A stretch of DNA of 62,353 nt, the filler included, from Asterionella formosa (Eukaryota), in NCBI GenBank assembly GCA_002256025.1. It is 7 parts of 7 records of this genome, joined end to end, with 100 filler letters (N's around TTAATTAATTAA, not from the genome) between each part and the next. Parts side by side here need not be neighbours in the genome. Positions count along the whole stretch, not along the records: positions 53,551 to 62,353 come from NKIB01011600.1; 6 more parts are not named here. The stretch is one strand, 5' to 3'. This document shows, piece by piece, positions 59,859 to 62,353 of the stretch. A model generated the notes under the pieces. It had not been told where the DNA came from. It saw nothing but the letters and a program-made list of their open reading frames with translations, and made no database searches. Both the position numbers and the translations under genes were made by a program. How positions within the stretch are numbered: position 1 is the first letter of the stretch; every line of letters starts with the position of its first letter.

Positions 59859-60806
59859 GGAGGCGACAGTAAAAGTGAGAGAGCCAAACCACAGAACCAT
59901 AGCAACTGTGGACGCATTTGCCTCGCTCAAAAAGTCTCCGTCGTCCATTGTACTTAGTAGCAGGACGAGAGACTAGTGAGAGGTGGACGCAAGTATAGCG
60001 AAATGTCGACGCCGTTTCTTTGTGTTCAGCTATTGTGTTCGCTCCATTGTCGACAGGAATAATAAATTGACCTGAACGAAGGTTTGTGTTGGTGCCTGGT
60101 ACCAGGGTAGTATGACAAAATGACTCCTTCCTTTCATGCATTCTACGCACATGAGAATATACATTGTTACCTTCATGGTGCAGTGTGGGTGATGGTGTGC
60201 CAACCTCGTCCAGAGGATTAAAGACCATTTTCATGCTTGGCTGAATGACCCCTTTACTACACCTATAGTACCTGGTACCTGGTACCAGGGTAGTATGTAT
60301 GTATATGCACCATAGACCTCGTAATAATGAAGTATCGGTGCATGTACACCGAATGTACACATCATAGACTACAGGGATTAGATAACGATCGACCACCATG
60401 GAATATATCAGTATTCCCTCCGTTCATGACTATATACCAGTACCTGGTACTCACCAGGTACCAGCAACTTGCGGTAATTTTGCCGAAATGACGATTTGTT
60501 TGGACATCCCGGATATTAATGTCTGCTGATTGACTTAAATAAATATGCTGGCCAGCTCGGACAGTGGTTATCTTTCATTCATGGTGTTATCATTTTGAAT
60601 ACTATGCATGATCCTGGAATTCGATTAAGCAGGAATTTTTAAGCACATGCAACCTTTTGTGCTTCAAATGTTTGTTGATAAAATGGACAATTGAAAATCT
60701 TTGTAAAAACAATCCTAATCAGTGTAGTGTTTTCTTAGCTAAATTTATATTGTTTCATGATGGTGATCAACCAGAGCGAGATGAGGAGCTGATCTCTGTC
60801 ATTTCG

Positions 60807-60909
60807 ATTTTCAACTTCTTCATTTCTCAGTGAATCTTGGCAGCATTCCGGATGTAGCTTAAGTCTGGAAAGCTGCCAAGATTTGCCAAGAGATGAAGAA
60901 GTCGAAAAT
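60807..60909. repeat. Imperfect inverted repeat (~47-bp arms)
   Basis: attttcaacttcttcat...aatcttggcagcattccgga pairs with tctggaaagctgccaagatt...atgaagaagtcgaaaat. Confidence 0.8.
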
Positions 60910-62353
60910 GCCAGAGTGCGGCAATTTCATAATTTCGGAGAATCATTACTCATATATTCTTACATAGAAACCTTTGTAGACTTTGTCCTTCCCCTGAGAA
61001 CAACATAGTAAAGCTAGTTTGTACACATGCACAGGGAACATGCAAGGTCACACATTGCCTGAATGGTTATCCTTATTGCCATCCTTGTCAACCTTGTCAT
61101 CTCATTTGCATTTTTTGATGTCTCACAACATCAGACGCTGATTGTTGAGTTTAGGTAGCAGCTTGGAGGTAATGGAATTGTTACCGTTGTCCCTCATGTG
61201 GCAAACAAACTGAGATACCCCTAACAGTAAGTGACGAGGACCAGCAGACTGGATATTGAAGCACACCTTTTTCCAACAGAATCTCACTCCAGTTTTCCAT
61301 TTTCTTACCTCCTCTTTTTTGCGGAAGAAGCTATAACGATAATATGAGGAGGAATGGATTGATTTGTAAGAAAACTGGCATGATGAAAATCCAAAAAACA
61401 CCCTTCAAGGCGGACATCGTCGGTAATCAGACAAGGAACCAATTGGCGAAGATTTCAAGCAAATGCTACAATCAACTGAACAGCAGGTACAGGGGAAGCA
61501 ACAAACGGATATTTCAATGGACAGGTGTAGTGATGGAGATGTGGAAAATTGACATTCGCAGATGGGGGGGAGGAGGCTGACAAAGAGACAGGTCCTGTTG
61601 TAGTAGCGTATGGACCAAAAAACCGGTACTAGTAATTGTAATTGTTTCCATTCAAGTGGGCACGAGTGATTAATATTGAAAAGTTCATAACTCACCTTAA
61701 AAAATATCCGACCCCTTGAATCGTATTTGAAATTGATTCCTATTGTTTATCATATCTGTTTCTCTACTGACAAGAATCTCGGTACCATGAGCTTGGGCAC
61801 GTAGCCTTTTTGACTGTCTCACCAATGATTTTTTGTAAGTGTTAGCGATGCAACCCTTTCTTGTATTCAATACGATTTTCAAAATGATAAAAAGACACAT
61901 CCTCATGATATATGTATCTGCACATAATATTGTAATGTGTTTCCTTCCCACAGGTCTCTGACCTGGTATTTCATTCAAATCAATCAAAGCCTCAAACGAC
62001 CCATCCTGATAATATGTACCTGCACATAATGTTGCAATGTGTTTCCTATCACAGATCAAATATCGTTAGTAGAGCTCTCGGAGAGATATAGCAGACCCGG
62101 AGATTATTCAATCGTTTAAAATGACATTATTGAAGAATAATGTAAACCACCAGCGATTTTTCCAATAATTTCAATGAAGGTAAACTGACATTAGTATCAG
62201 AATAACATGCAAACCAGCGTTTTTCTAATAAACACAATAGGGGTAAAATGATATTATTAGAATAAAATGTAACCTGGCTTTTTCCAATATTGTCAATAGA
62301 CATAAATTGAGTAATGATGGCAAAGTGCAAAATAGCTACATTCAGGATATTAG

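Noticed and set aside
61697..62330. Short ORFs with a ~40-bp repeat (61917 and 62019) near the window end
   Set aside because: AT-rich with no recognisable motifs; probably decayed repeat DNA.

Overview
Eukaryotic nuclear DNA from a diatom (Lhc/FCP gene with an ASAFAP plastid presequence, diatom Copia/CoDi-type LTR elements, 60-110 nt GT-AG introns); the species cannot be determined from the sequence. The window is not one locus. It is seven unplaced scaffolds of steadily decreasing length (8836, 8831, 8826, 8824, 8823, 8810, 8803 bp) joined by identical 100-bp N44-TTAATTAATTAA-N44 spacers, so adjacency across spacers is meaningless. Roughly half is transposon debris: Copia/CoDi LTR elements, LINE fragments, a pogo-like DDE relic, Harbinger/CACTA/TTAA-type ends, nested MITEs and a tRNA-headed SINE candidate. 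Apparently intact host genes encode an Lhc protein, RRP9, a stand-alone RNase HI-like protein, a diatom-type hypothetical protein, L-threonine aldolase, an RsuA/RluB-type pseudouridine synthase, NEDD8, a mitochondria-targeted EHD/dynamin-like NTPase with a TM hairpin, a secreted protein with a Pro/Thr stalk and Lys-rich tail, and a Cas1p/RWA-SGNH O-acetyltransferase-like fusion. USP34-like and GMC alcohol-oxidase pseudogenes are cut by LTR insertions. Best leads: the MfnL-like mitochondrial dynamin, the domain-permuted and possibly catalytically altered Cas1p-SGNH protein, the SINE sharing its tail with a LINE-adjacent sequence, the Lys-tailed cell-wall candidate, and an uncharacterised transposon-borne ORF family present twice. 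All family assignments come from motif recognition by eye; no searches were run.
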